From NCBI GenBank assembly GCA_903908245.1, contig CAIVRE010000023.1, positions 1-55,851 of the forward strand: a DNA stretch of 55,851 nt. Direction: 5' to 3'. Each line of letters begins with the position of its first letter. The stretch's first letter is position 1. The translations under genes were made by a program, and so were the position numbers. This stretch comes from Candidatus Omnitrophota bacterium (lineage in GTDB: Bacteria; Omnitrophota; Gorgyraeia; Zapsychrales; Fredricksoniimonadaceae). Positions 8,770-19,700 of the stretch are shown one piece after another. The notes under the pieces are model-generated. The model saw nothing but the letters and a program-made list of their open reading frames with translations. It was not told the origin of the DNA and did not search any database.

Positions 8770-10533
8770 ATGGCCATGTCAATTAAACCCGGGAAGCAAA
8801 GCATCCCCTGGAGCCTGGGAGCCCTTGTCGCTGTGGCGGGGATCGTCCTTCTGCGCCTGGTGATCTGGAAGTTTTTTCGCGATGCCGGGACAATGGTGAA
8901 GGAGGACCTGAGCAACCTGATCGTGGCCGTCTGTCAGCTGGCCCTTGGCGCGGCGTTTGCCGCGCTGGCCATGCTTAAACGGGTAAAGCTTTCTGCGACG
9001 GGGTTTGAATGGCCGCTGGGGATACTGGTGGTTGTGTCCATGGTTTCGCTGTTTTATACGCTGGATTTCTCCGTGAGTATCCGGGTATGGCTTCCGCTGA
9101 TCGGCAGTATGGGCATGTTTTATGTTCTCGCCAATACATTGACTGATATCCGCCGGATAAAATGGTTCTTGTATTTTATTCTTGCCTGCGCGCTGGTTAC
9201 GTCTGTTTTTGGCATCCAGGAATTCTTTTATCTGTGTTCCCGTCACCCTCAGGCCGGAGATGCGAATATCGCGGAGTATAACAACAGCCTTTATTATATT
9301 TTGGTCAATCGCCGGGTGACCTCATTTCTGGGTTGGCCCAATTCCCTGGCCGGTTATTTGCTGCTGATCCTGCCTTTCGCGGGGTTATCGATCATGGCTT
9401 CCGGGCGGATATGGCTGCGCTGTCTGCTGGGGGTGGTGTTCGCGGTGCTGGTGGGGTGTTTGCTGGTGACTTTTTCATTTTTGGGGTGGCTGAACTTCCT
9501 GGTTGCCGCGGTTATTTTGTCGCCGCTGATCATCAGGAGGTTCGTTCCCCGGATGGATGTCCGTTTAAAGGCGGCACTTGTTGTTTTATGCGCGGTGTTC
9601 ATCGGGCTTTTTATCGTGGTTATCCTGCGAAAGAATTTTTCCGGGTCTATCGTGCCGCGGCTGGAATATTACAGCCAGGCGTGGCATCTGATCCTGGAAC
9701 GCCCGTTCCAGGGGTATGGGTACGGGACTTTCGGTTTTGCGGCCAGGCCCATGGTCGAATCGATCAATGCGTTCACGAATTATGCGCATAATGTCTACCT
9801 GCAGTGGTGGGTGGAATGCGGGGTCCTCGGCCTGGCCGGGATCCTTGGCCTTATCGGGGTTTTTATTGTCGCCGCGCGCCGTGTGCTGGAGCATTTCCGG
9901 GAGGGGGCCGAGAGCGTCGTGGCTTTGGCCGTGATATGGGGTTTGACGGCGTTCTTTATTGATAATTTCTTCAGCTTCACGTTCACCAAGCCGAATATCG
10001 CCGTGCATGGCTGGGCGATGCTGGGGGTTTTTGCTGCTCTTTATCAGCAAGCGCAGGGCGGGGGGAAGGAGCTTCCCGGCGGGCGCTTTGTTCCCGCGTT
10101 CGGATTCCTGATATGCGCCGGGACTTTTATACTGTCGTTCGTCCTTTGTACCGGGATCTTCTTTTTTCACTTCGGGGTCCTGGCCCTTAACCGAGGCAAT
10201 GTTGATGCGGCAGGGCAGTCGTTTGTTACGGGGTCTTTGATCGACCGCTGGTCGGCGTCATATCCCCTGGCGGCCGGAGATGCGGCGGCCGGGGTCTTTG
10301 CATCCAGTCGCAAGGAGGCGCATCTTCGCCTGGTCGAGGCCAATTACCTGGAGGCGGCGCGGCGTGAGCCTGTCCTGTACAACGCCCAGCTAATGCTTAG
10401 CCGCGTGTATCTTCTTCGGGGTGACCGCGAAAAAGCCCTGTCTTATGCCCGCGAGGCCCGTCGCCTGTCGCCCTTTGAGTACGACAGGGATATGGCCCGC
10501 ATTTCCCGCGTTTCCGCGCCTTCTGCAAAATGA
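8770..10533 (+). CDS. O-antigen ligase/Wzy-like family protein with C-terminal TPR-like region
   Basis: Multi-TM; RVTSFLGWPNSLAGYL, PFQGYGYGTF and AHNVYLQWWVECGVLG motifs; helical TPR-like tail. Confidence 0.85.
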   Translation: MAMSIKPGKQSIPWSLGALVAVAGIVLLRLVIWKFFRDAGTMVKEDLSNLIVAVCQLALGAAFAALAMLKRVKLSATGFEWPLGILVVVSMVSLFYTLDFSVSIRVWLPLIGSMGMFYVLANTLTDIRRIKWFLYFILACALVTSVFGIQEFFYLCSRHPQAGDANIAEYNNSLYYILVNRRVTSFLGWPNSLAGYLLLILPFAGLSIMASGRIWLRCLLGVVFAVLVGCLLVTFSFLGWLNFLVAAVILSPLIIRRFVPRMDVRLKAALVVLCAVFIGLFIVVILRKNFSGSIVPRLEYYSQAWHLILERPFQGYGYGTFGFAARPMVESINAFTNYAHNVYLQWWVECGVLGLAGILGLIGVFIVAARRVLEHFREGAESVVALAVIWGLTAFFIDNFFSFTFTKPNIAVHGWAMLGVFAALYQQAQGGGKELPGGRFVPAFGFLICAGTFILSFVLCTGIFFFHFGVLALNRGNVDAAGQSFVTGSLIDRWSASYPLAAGDAAAGVFASSRKEAHLRLVEANYLEAARREPVLYNAQLMLSRVYLLRGDREKALSYAREARRLSPFEYDRDMARISRVSAPSAK

Positions 10534-10535
10534 AT

Positions 10536-10565
10536 TTGACATAGGGTAGGGGGGTATGGTATATT
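10536..10565 (+). promoter_or_regulatory. sigma70-type promoter containing a CsoR-type operator
   Basis: TTGACA (10536-41), 18-bp spacer, extended -10 TGgTATATT. The spacer holds ATAGGGTAGGGGGGTAT, a G-tract flanked by ATA/TAT as in CsoR/RcnR operators. Confidence 0.75.
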
Positions 10566-10585
10566 CACCTTAGGGAGGATATGCT

Positions 10586-10873
10586 ATGGCACTGTCAAAG
10601 TCCATGTCTCATGTTGAACAGATCGTTGCGTTAAAGAAGATCGAAGGCCAGATCCGCGGTGTTGCGAAGATGATCGAGGAGGGGCGTTATTGCGTTGATA
10701 TACTGACGCAGGTCCAGTCCGTCGGCGGCGCCGTCAAGCGTGTGGAGAACGAGATCTTCCGGAAGCATCTGGAAGGCTGTGTTGCCGACGCTATTAAGGG
10801 GAAGTCGGAACTGGAAAGCAGGAAGAAGATCGATGAGGTTGTTGACCTTATTGTGCGTTTCAAAAAGGGGTAG
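10586..10873 (+). CDS. csoR: CsoR/RcnR family metal-sensing repressor
   Basis: LKKIEGQIRGV, YCVDIL and HLEGCV: the C-H-C Cu(I) ligand fingerprint. Confidence 0.9.
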   Translation: MALSKSMSHVEQIVALKKIEGQIRGVAKMIEEGRYCVDILTQVQSVGGAVKRVENEIFRKHLEGCVADAIKGKSELESRKKIDEVVDLIVRFKKG

Positions 10874-10875
10874 CT

Positions 10876-12165
10876 ATGAGACGAACGTTCGCAGGGTTCC
10901 TCATTGTTATATTTTTGGCGGCGCCAGTGGTCGCATCGGATATACCGATGGCGAAAGCGGCGGCATTGCCCAAGGCCTCATTAAATTCCCTGATCCAGGA
11001 GGCGTTAAAGAATAACCCCCGGTTGAAGGCCGCCCAATATCGTGCGGAGGCGGCCAAGGCGCGTGTTGCGCTCTTTCGTAATATCCCCGATCCCATGTTG
11101 GAGTATGAGTATGACAAGATCACTCCTGCCGCGTCCACGGCCGGCGGGGACAAGGTCCGTCCCATGAGGTCTCTGTCGGTTTCCCAGGAGATCCCTTTTC
11201 CTACCAAGATATTCATGCGGCAGAAATCGGCGCAGAAAGAGGCGAATGCGTTCGACCAGGAATATAAGGGAACGGAGCGGGGGGTCATTAAGGATGTTAA
11301 AGAGGCGTATGCGGGTTTGTACCTGAATCGCCGGAAGGTGGATTTTATCAGGGATTCATTGAGCTTGATGCGTCAGTTCGTTGATGTTACGAATACAAAG
11401 TATGCGGCGAACAAGGCCGGCCAGCAGGATGTGCTTCGCGCTCAAGTGGAGTATTCAAAGTTGTCGAATACCGTTATCCTTTATGAAAAAGAAGTAAGTA
11501 TCGCGGAAAGTCTGCTCATATCGTTGTTAGGCCGGGACGATGCCGCATCGATCGATATTGCCGAGGCCCAGCCGCTGGAAGATCTGAACATTAAAGAAGA
11601 GGATGTTATTGCAATGGCGAAAAAAGGCCGCCCCGAGCTTAAGTCGGTGAGGGAAATGCTTGAGAAGGCCCAGGCGGAAAGTTCTTTAAGTAAACAGGGA
11701 TTCCTTCCGGATATTACTTTGAAATACAAGCGGGACGAGGTCGATGGCAAGTTCAGCCGGCTGGATCAGGGGCAGTGGTCAGGGTCGGTCGGGATCAATG
11801 TTCCGCTTTGGTTCTGGGGAAAACAGCTTTCACAAGTGAGGGAGGCGAGGGCGGATCTTGAGGCAGCCAAAGCCGATTACAAGTCAGCCGAGAATACGGC
11901 CGTCTTTGAGGCGAGAAGTGCGTTCGCAAAGTATGATGCGGCCCGCCGGCTGGTGGAGATCTATGAGACCGGCGTCTTGCCCCAGGCGACATCGGCGGTC
12001 ATGACGGCCCGGCGTGCTTATGAGTCGGGGTCATTGAGTTTCCTGGAGCTTCTTGATTCGTTGCGGATGTTGCGCGACCTTCAGATGGAATATTTTGGAT
12101 CAGTGGCGGAATTGCAGGTGTCGTTCGCCGACCTGGAGCGGTCAGTGGGCGGAGATCTGCAATGA
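10876..12165 (+). CDS. cusC: TolC/CusC-family outer membrane efflux protein
   Basis: Signal peptide, ALKNNPRL, AYESGSLSFLELLD; position in csoR-OMF-MFP-RND operon. Confidence 0.8.
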   Translation: MRRTFAGFLIVIFLAAPVVASDIPMAKAAALPKASLNSLIQEALKNNPRLKAAQYRAEAAKARVALFRNIPDPMLEYEYDKITPAASTAGGDKVRPMRSLSVSQEIPFPTKIFMRQKSAQKEANAFDQEYKGTERGVIKDVKEAYAGLYLNRRKVDFIRDSLSLMRQFVDVTNTKYAANKAGQQDVLRAQVEYSKLSNTVILYEKEVSIAESLLISLLGRDDAASIDIAEAQPLEDLNIKEEDVIAMAKKGRPELKSVREMLEKAQAESSLSKQGFLPDITLKYKRDEVDGKFSRLDQGQWSGSVGINVPLWFWGKQLSQVREARADLEAAKADYKSAENTAVFEARSAFAKYDAARRLVEIYETGVLPQATSAVMTARRAYESGSLSFLELLDSLRMLRDLQMEYFGSVAELQVSFADLERSVGGDLQ

Positions 12166-12178
12166 CAGGAGAAACAGC

Positions 12179-13330
12179 ATGAGAAATAAAATATTCTTGG
12201 CGTTGATATTGGTTTTGTTCCTTGGTTCTTCAGGGATGATCGGCCTGTCGCTGGTGTTTGCGCAAGAGAAAGCGGGCCAGCATTCGGGTAAGGCCGTTTA
12301 TTTTTGCCCTATGCATCCGCAGATCACATCTGACCGTAAGGGGTCTTGCCCTATTTGCGGGATGGATCTTGTAAAGAAAGAGGAAGGTGCGGATGTGGCG
12401 GCGGTACCGGAAAAGAAAGAACGCAAGATCCTTTTTTATCGCAATCCCATGAACCCTGCCGTGACTTCACCGGCTCCGGCAAAGGATTCGATGGGGATGG
12501 AGTATGTTCCGGTCTATGAAGAGGAAAAGGGAGCGCCGGCGGGTGTTTCTATCAATTCAGGTAAACAGCAGTTGATCGGTGTTAAAAAAGATATTGTGAT
12601 GAAGCGCTCATTGTCGGTTGTTATTTCGACTGTCGGTAAAGTTGCGTATGATCCTGATCTTTATGTGGCGCAGGAAGAATATGTTCAGGCGGTTAAGACC
12701 GCCGCGGCAACAGAACACAGTGCTCTTGCTTCCATACGGGAGCAATCCGAGGGGTTACTCGCGTCGTCTGAGAGGAAACTGCTTTTGCTGGGCATGAGCA
12801 AGCCGGAAGTGGAAGCCCTTAAGAAAAGCGGATCGGCCCAGGACAGCCTTTATTTTCCGGGCAATTCCGGTAAAGCATGGATTTATATAACAGTTTATGA
12901 ATATGAACTGGGTCTGGTCAGGGAAGGCCTGGATGTTGTTGTAGATGCGGTCGCTTTTCCCGGTGAGGTCTTTAAGGGAAAGGTGGCGGGGTTAACGCCG
13001 GTCCTTAACGCTGAAAGCCGTTCGGTGCGTGTGCGGGCTTTCGTGGATGATAAGGACGGAAAACTTAAGCCCGAAATGTTCGTTAACGCGAAGATCAGCG
13101 TTGATCTTGGAACGAAATTATCTGTCCCGGAAGAAGCCGTGATGGATTCCGGCACGCGGAAGATCGTTTATGTTGTCAGCCGTGATCGTTTTGAGGCGAG
13201 GGAAGTAACGCTTGGCCCAAAGGCAGGTGAATATTATGAAGTCCTTGGCGGGCTCAAAGAGGGTGAAGAGGTGGTTACGAGCGGGAATTTTCTGATCGAT
13301 GCCGAGAGCAAGCTCAAAGGCTCTTTGTAG
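12179..13330 (+). CDS. cusB: CusB-like RND periplasmic adaptor with heavy-metal-binding (YxCPMHP) domain
   Basis: YFCPMHP...CPICGMDL, YRNPMNP...KDSMGMEYVPVY, LKPEMF, VVTSGNFLIDAES; AGGAG SD before ATG 12179. Confidence 0.88.
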   Translation: MRNKIFLALILVLFLGSSGMIGLSLVFAQEKAGQHSGKAVYFCPMHPQITSDRKGSCPICGMDLVKKEEGADVAAVPEKKERKILFYRNPMNPAVTSPAPAKDSMGMEYVPVYEEEKGAPAGVSINSGKQQLIGVKKDIVMKRSLSVVISTVGKVAYDPDLYVAQEEYVQAVKTAAATEHSALASIREQSEGLLASSERKLLLLGMSKPEVEALKKSGSAQDSLYFPGNSGKAWIYITVYEYELGLVREGLDVVVDAVAFPGEVFKGKVAGLTPVLNAESRSVRVRAFVDDKDGKLKPEMFVNAKISVDLGTKLSVPEEAVMDSGTRKIVYVVSRDRFEAREVTLGPKAGEYYEVLGGLKEGEEVVTSGNFLIDAESKLKGSL

Positions 13331-13333
13331 CAA

Positions 13334-13358
13334 GTAGGGGCGGCCCTTGCGGCCGCCC
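13334..13358 (+). repeat. GTAG REP-like palindrome
   Basis: GTAG-GGGCGGCC-CTTGC-GGCCGCCC, 25 bp, between cusB and cusA. Confidence 0.7.
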
Positions 13359-13382
13359 GGTGTATATACGGAGAATGATTTT

Positions 13383-16300
13383 ATGATCGAGAAGATCATC
13401 GAGTTCTCAGCGAAGAATAAATACATTGTCATTTTATTGACGCTGGTGGCTGTCCTGGGTGCTGTTTATTGCCTGCGCAATATCCCGTTGGATGCTATTC
13501 CCGACCTTTCCGATACGCAGGTTATCGTGTATTCCCGCTGGGACCGCTCGCCGGATATTATTGAAGACCAGGTCACCTATCCTATTGTCACTGCCCTGCT
13601 GGGGGCGCCTAATGTCAAAGCCATCCGGGGTTTTTCCGATTTCGGATATTCGTTTGTTTATATCATTTTTAAAGACGGAACGGATATTTACTGGGCGCGC
13701 AGCCGGACGCTGGAGTATTTGAGCAAGATATTGCCCAAGCTGCCGGAGGGGGTCAAGACCGAGATCGGGCCTGATGCGACATCGGTCGGGTGGGTCTATC
13801 AGTACGCGCTGGTCGACAAAACGGGCAAGAATGACCTGGCACAGCTGCGGTCATTCCAGGACTGGTATTTGCGTTACTGGCTGCAGTCTGTTCAGGGGGT
13901 CGCCGAGGTCGCGTCCGTCGGCGGGTTTCAGAAACAGTATCAGGTCAATGTCAACCCTAATGCGCTTTTGGCGTACAACATCCCTTTGATGAAGGTGACG
14001 GAGGCAATCCGCAGCGGCAACAATGATGTGGGCGGCCGTTTGGTTGAATTCGCCGGTACGGAATATATGGTGCGCGGACGGGGGTATATCAAGTCGCCCG
14101 GGGATATAGAGGATATTGTCCTTGGCAATGACACGAATGGCGTGCCGATCCTTGTAAAGAATGTGGCGTCGGTCGTGATCGGCCCGGAGATCCGCCGCGG
14201 TATTGCGGACCTTGACGGCGAAGGCGATACCGTGGGTGGTATTGTCCTGATGCGTTCGGGGGAGAATGCGCTTAATGTCATTGCACGGGTGAAAGAGAAG
14301 CTGAAGGAAGTGAAAGGGTCCCTGCCTCCGGGGGTTGAGGTCGTGACCACGTATGACCGGGCCGATCTCATCACGCGCGCCATTGAAACCCTGAAGCATC
14401 AGCTGACGGAAGAAATGATCATTGTGGCGCTCGTCATTATCTTTTTTCTGTGGCATTTCCCGTCTGCCAGCGTCCCGATCGTGACCATTCCGATCGCCGT
14501 GCTCTTGAGCTTTATCCCGATGTTCATGATGAAGCTGACGTCCAACATCATGTCGTTGGCCGGGATCGCCATATCGATCGGTGTCCTTGTGGACGGTGCG
14601 ATCATTGAAGTCGAGAACGCCTACAAGAAGCTTCAATTATGGGATGCCGGGGGCCGTAAAGGGGATTATCATGATGTGCTTTTGAAGGCTTTGAAAGAGG
14701 TCGGCCCATCGGTGTTCTTTTCGCTCCTGGTGATCGCGGTCGCGTTCCTGCCGGTGTTTACGCTGCTTGACCAGGAAGGCCGGCTGTTCCGCCCTCTTGC
14801 GTTCAGCAAGAATTTTGTGATGGCGATCGCGGCGGTGCTGGCGCTTACGCTTAATCCGGCCATGCGTATGTTCTTTACGCGTATCGATCCGGTCAATTTT
14901 CATCCCCGTTGGGCTTCTGTCTTTTTAAACAGTATTTTCGTCGGGAAATATTATCCGGAAGAAAAGCATCCCGTAAGCAAGGTGTTGTTCCGGTTTTACG
15001 AGCCGTTGTGCCGGTTCGTCCTCAGGTTCCGGAAAGAGACGCTGATCGCTGCAGGTATCCTGGTCCTGTCGACTCTTCCCGTTTTCTTCCGTTTGGGATC
15101 AGAGTTCATGCCGCCATTAAATGAAGGCACGATCCTTTATATGCCGACAACCCTTCCCGGTCTTTCCGTGACCGAAGCGGGAAAGCTTTTACAGCAGATG
15201 GATAAAGTGATCAAGACCGTTCCTGAGGTCGAGCGCGTGTTCGGCAAAGCCGGGCGCGCGGAGACATCAACGGATCCTGCGCCGTTCTCCATGATGGAAA
15301 CGACCATCATCCTTAAGCCCGAAAGCCAGTGGCGCAAGGAGATGAATTGGGAGAAGATCATTGCGGAGCTGGACCGGAAGATGCAATTTCCCGGCGTGTC
15401 CAATGCCTGGACCATGCCGATCAAGGCCAGGATCGACATGTTGTCGACGGGTATCCGCACGCCCGTTGGTATCAAGGTTTACGGGGCGGACCTGGCGCAG
15501 ATCGAGAAGATCGGGGTCCAGGTTGAGAGTATTGTGAAAAACATCAAAGGGGCGCGCAGTGTTTATGCCGAGCGCGTGACCGGCGGATATTTTATTGATT
15601 TTGATATCAAACGTGGCCAGATCGCGCGTTACGGGCTTTCGGTCAAGGATGTGGAAGAGATCATCATGACCGCGATCGGCGGGGAACCTGTGACCACCAC
15701 GGTCGAAGGCCGTGAGCGGTATACCGTGAATGTCCGTTATGCCCGTGAATTACGCGACGATCTACCGAAGCTTCGCCGGGTTCTTGTGCCGACGATGTCG
15801 GGCGCGCAGGTCCCGCTGGAACAGCTGGCCGATATCAGGCTGACCACAGGTCCCGCGATGATCCGTGACGAGAATGGCATGCTGGCGGGGTATGTGTATG
15901 TTGATATTGACGGCCGGGATGTCGGCAGTTTTGTGGAAGAGGCCAAAAGGGTTGTCGAGAAAGAATTGAAAGTTCCCACCGGATATTCGCTTCAATGGAG
16001 CGGGCAGTTCGAAAATATGCTGCGCGTGCGCGAGCGTTTGAAGGTGGTGGTCCCGATCACGTTGTTTCTGATCTTCATGCTTCTTTATTTGAACACCCGT
16101 TCACCGGTCAAAGCGGGCATTGTTATGCTGGCGGTGCCGTTCTCCCTGGTGGGCGCGGTCTGGTTCCTGTGGATGTTGGGCTATAATATGTCCATTGCGG
16201 TATGGGTAGGCATGATCGCGCTCATGGGGCTGGATGCCGAAACGGGCGTTTTTATGCTCTTGTTCCTGGACATGGCATATTACGATGCTGTCCGTCAGGG

Positions 16301-16607
16301 GAAAATGCGCACGAAAGAGGACCTTGAAGAGGCGATCGTTCATGGCGCAGTCAAGCGTATCCGTCCGAAATTGATGACGGTTGCCGCCATGTTCATGGGG
16401 CTTGTTCCCATCATGTGGTCCATGGGCGCCGGCGCGGATGTGATGAAGCGCATCGCCGCTCCCATGATCGGAGGGGTGTTCAGCAGTTTTCTTCTGGAGC
16501 TTCTGGTTTATCCGGTTGTTTATTTCATCTGGAAGTGGAATTATGAGATGAAACAAGGAACGGTTGATATGAGCAAACGGCCTGTTCCAGAACAACATGG
16601 CTATTAA
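13383..16607 (+). CDS. cusA: CusA/SilA heavy-metal RND efflux pump
   Basis: LDAIPDLSDTQVIV, GPDATSVGWVYQY; Met triad in FMPPLNEG / FSMMET / WTMPIK; RIRPKLMT. Confidence 0.95.
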   Translation: MIEKIIEFSAKNKYIVILLTLVAVLGAVYCLRNIPLDAIPDLSDTQVIVYSRWDRSPDIIEDQVTYPIVTALLGAPNVKAIRGFSDFGYSFVYIIFKDGTDIYWARSRTLEYLSKILPKLPEGVKTEIGPDATSVGWVYQYALVDKTGKNDLAQLRSFQDWYLRYWLQSVQGVAEVASVGGFQKQYQVNVNPNALLAYNIPLMKVTEAIRSGNNDVGGRLVEFAGTEYMVRGRGYIKSPGDIEDIVLGNDTNGVPILVKNVASVVIGPEIRRGIADLDGEGDTVGGIVLMRSGENALNVIARVKEKLKEVKGSLPPGVEVVTTYDRADLITRAIETLKHQLTEEMIIVALVIIFFLWHFPSASVPIVTIPIAVLLSFIPMFMMKLTSNIMSLAGIAISIGVLVDGAIIEVENAYKKLQLWDAGGRKGDYHDVLLKALKEVGPSVFFSLLVIAVAFLPVFTLLDQEGRLFRPLAFSKNFVMAIAAVLALTLNPAMRMFFTRIDPVNFHPRWASVFLNSIFVGKYYPEEKHPVSKVLFRFYEPLCRFVLRFRKETLIAAGILVLSTLPVFFRLGSEFMPPLNEGTILYMPTTLPGLSVTEAGKLLQQMDKVIKTVPEVERVFGKAGRAETSTDPAPFSMMETTIILKPESQWRKEMNWEKIIAELDRKMQFPGVSNAWTMPIKARIDMLSTGIRTPVGIKVYGADLAQIEKIGVQVESIVKNIKGARSVYAERVTGGYFIDFDIKRGQIARYGLSVKDVEEIIMTAIGGEPVTTTVEGRERYTVNVRYARELRDDLPKLRRVLVPTMSGAQVPLEQLADIRLTTGPAMIRDENGMLAGYVYVDIDGRDVGSFVEEAKRVVEKELKVPTGYSLQWSGQFENMLRVRERLKVVVPITLFLIFMLLYLNTRSPVKAGIVMLAVPFSLVGAVWFLWMLGYNMSIAVWVGMIALMGLDAETGVFMLLFLDMAYYDAVRQGKMRTKEDLEEAIVHGAVKRIRPKLMTVAAMFMGLVPIMWSMGAGADVMKRIAAPMIGGVFSSFLLELLVYPVVYFIWKWNYEMKQGTVDMSKRPVPEQHGY

Positions 16608-16673
16608 ACGTTGAGTTTTAGTATTTAAAACACGATTTAAAAGTCTTTAATATCAATTAATTGTGTCATATCG

Positions 16674-16687
16674 GGAAAACGTTTTCC
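16674..16687. promoter_or_regulatory. Candidate operator (LacI-family-like palindrome)
   Basis: Perfect palindrome GGAAAACGTTTTCC in the AT-rich intergenic region about 90 bp upstream of ORF 16777. Confidence 0.4.
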
Positions 16688-16776
16688 TGCTTTTCTTTCA
16701 GTCCCCCCTTATTTTACATATTAATAGTTTATACTTCCCTTAGGGCTTGGTGGCCATGGTCTAAAAGGGCGGGGAT

Positions 16777-19700
16777 ATGTTGCGAAAATTCTTTAAGAAG
16801 ACTGTTTGTTATATAACATTAGCGGCGTTCATTGTTATGAACGCGGGCCAGTCGTATGCCCAGTCTTTAACATTGCCTGCGCCGGGCATTCCGGTGGCAT
16901 TGTCGCAGGCCTTTCAGCCTGTCAATCTTAAAGGCATCAAGATCGATCCTGTCAATCCGCTGAGGTTCGATTTTATTATTGATAAAGGGACCTCCTTCAC
17001 CCCCGGGATGAAGGAGGTTGATTATCGGCTGATCAAATATTTTCTTGCCGCATTGACTGTTCCTGAAAAAGACCTTTGGGTCAACCTTTCGCCTTACGAA
17101 AAAGACCGTATCATCCCCGATGCATTTGGCCTGACGGAAATGGGCCGTGATCTTTTGGGGCAGGATTATATCCTTAAGCAGATCACATCCAGTTTGATGA
17201 ATCCGGATGACAATACCGGCAGGTCTTTTTGGAAGCGTGTTTACGAGGAGGCTTACAGGAAGTATGGCACAACGGATATTCCGGTCGATACTTTCAATAA
17301 AGTGTGGATCGTTCCGCAGGAGGCCAGGGTCTATGAACACAATGGCGCCGCGTTCGTCGTCAAAGCCAGGCTGAAGGTAATGTTAGAGACCGATTATCTT
17401 GCCATGCGTGTTGCGCGTGCAGGGGAGGGTTCCCAATCCTCCCAACAAGAAGCTCCCCGACAAGAAAGTTCCACACAGGACATATCCCGGCAGATCATTC
17501 GCGAGGTGATCCTTCCTATCCTTGAAACAGAGGTCAACGAAGGCCGGAATTTTTCCCGGTTACGGCAGATCTATAACGCCATGATCCTGTCGACATGGTT
17601 CAAGGTGAGTTTGAAGCAGAGCCTTGTCGGCCAGGTTTATGCGGACAGGAACAAGGTCAAGGGTATTGATATCGATGATAAAGATGCCAAGCTCAAGATC
17701 TATGATCAGTACCTTGCCGCGTTCCGAAAAGGGGTCGTTAATATTATTCGCGAGGAGAAAGATACAGTTTCTGACGAGGTTATTCCCAGAAAGTATTTTT
17801 CGGGAGGGTATTCGGCTACTGGTGCCGATGGCACCCGTTTGTCCGAGCTGGTCGGCAGGGATAAGGTGAACAGCCGGGACCGGTTATCCTCATCCGACCT
17901 TGCGTCGTTAACTGAAGGTGATTATTCGGAAGTCACGGTTGATCTCTCGGGTGATCATCGGGGCGCGGCTGTATCCAGGCCAGACATGGCCGCGCAATCG
18001 TCCGGTCATTTGACGGGCCAGGGCCGTGTGCATTTCAAGGATCCGGTGTATCTCAATGAGGCGAGTTCTTTTGCCAATGATAAAAGGTCTTTTCTGGACA
18101 GGCATTATATGCAATGGCAATGGCTTCAGCAGAAAGCCATGCCTTATCTTATCCGTCGGGCACTGGGACGCGCCCAAGAGGCCAAGGCAAGGCCGAGGCT
18201 GGTCGTGGCGGATCTCGGGGCCAGTACGGCCGAGGAAATGGCACGGATATTTTATGAGGTCACAATGGCCCTGGAAGTATCCGGGCAGGTTTTAAATGAT
18301 TGGGACCTGCAGGTCAATGGTTTTGAGATCGATCCGCAGATCGTTGCCGAGGGGAATAAACGGATCGGGGGCAGACAGCCTTTCTTTCGTGCACGCAGTA
18401 AAGAAGAACAGATCATGATCGATGGCCGATATTATGCCGACCGGATCATCGAGCGGTTGAACCAGTATGCCGAGAAATTTCAGGCCAGCGCAAGGCTTTT
18501 GAAGCAGGATATTCTGACGATCCCTTCCGGGGACCTGGCTGACGCGGACCTGGTCGTGTTGAATCACGTCCTGCGGATCTTTAAAGAAGAGGATCGCGGG
18601 GCGCTTGTAAAAAATTTGAGCCTGGACAGCTCCCATGCCATCCTGGCGGTCGGTGATTCATTGCTGGCGGGAGAAGCATGGAAATCCCGGGCGGGGGAGC
18701 ATATTTTTGTTGAGTCAGAAGGTTCTTCCGGAGGGACGCGTTATTCGTTCGGCCTGCCGGAAGAAGCGCTTGATGAAATCGACCTGTCACAGGCTTCCGG
18801 GTCGTCTGACCGTGCCGAGGCCGGCCCTTTGCCGCTCAAGCGGCAGTTGGCTGTTGAGACATATTTGAAATTGCGCAATGACCCTGACCCCGGAAAAGTG
18901 AGGATACGGGACCGGTATGTGATCGATCTTTTATCGGCGGCTTTCAAGTCGCCGAGACTTTTCGGACAATTGTCCGGTTATCTTTACGCCCGGTTGAATG
19001 TAACGACGAGTGATCAGGACAAGAAGGATCTTGTCCAGATATTGGCCTGGATGGGGGATCAGGGATTGCCGAAGTTCCTGGGGACGTTTGGAGAAGGGGC
19101 CTGGGATCTTTCGTTTGATGCCGCGCGGTATATTGACAATGGCCTGACCATTGAGGAAGAATTGAAGGCTGTTGCTCCGCTGGATATCAGGGTTGATCTG
19201 TCATGGATGAGCAAGGGTGTTTTTCAGGATGAGCGCCTTGTTTATGAAAGCAGCCGGGAAGACTTTCTTGACAATGATGTCAGGGTCAAGGTCATGATCC
19301 GCCGCGACGCGAAAGGGAGGCGGATCATTGAAAAAAGATTTACTGTCGACGGAGAGCGGGTCACGAAAGATACCCTGGAAATGGAACAGAAATGGATACA
19401 GGATTATCTGGCGTTGAAGTGGTTTAAAAAGCTTGGGTTCAGGGTCCCGGATGTGGTTTTAGTCCGTGAGGAAGGGGCCCTGCTTTTACGGGAAGTATTT
19501 ATTGAGGGCGCACAGACCATTGAAGAAGCATATCCTCAAAGAGACGGCGATATTCCGTCTTTTGTAAAGAAACAGCTTATTCCTTTTGGTTTGGCCGGGG
19601 TTGCGGCCTTAAGTTATGACATGCATCCTGGCAATTATTTGTTAAGTGGTCTGGACAAGGCGCGGGGGACGGGTGATGTTATCGGCATTGACATGGAGCA

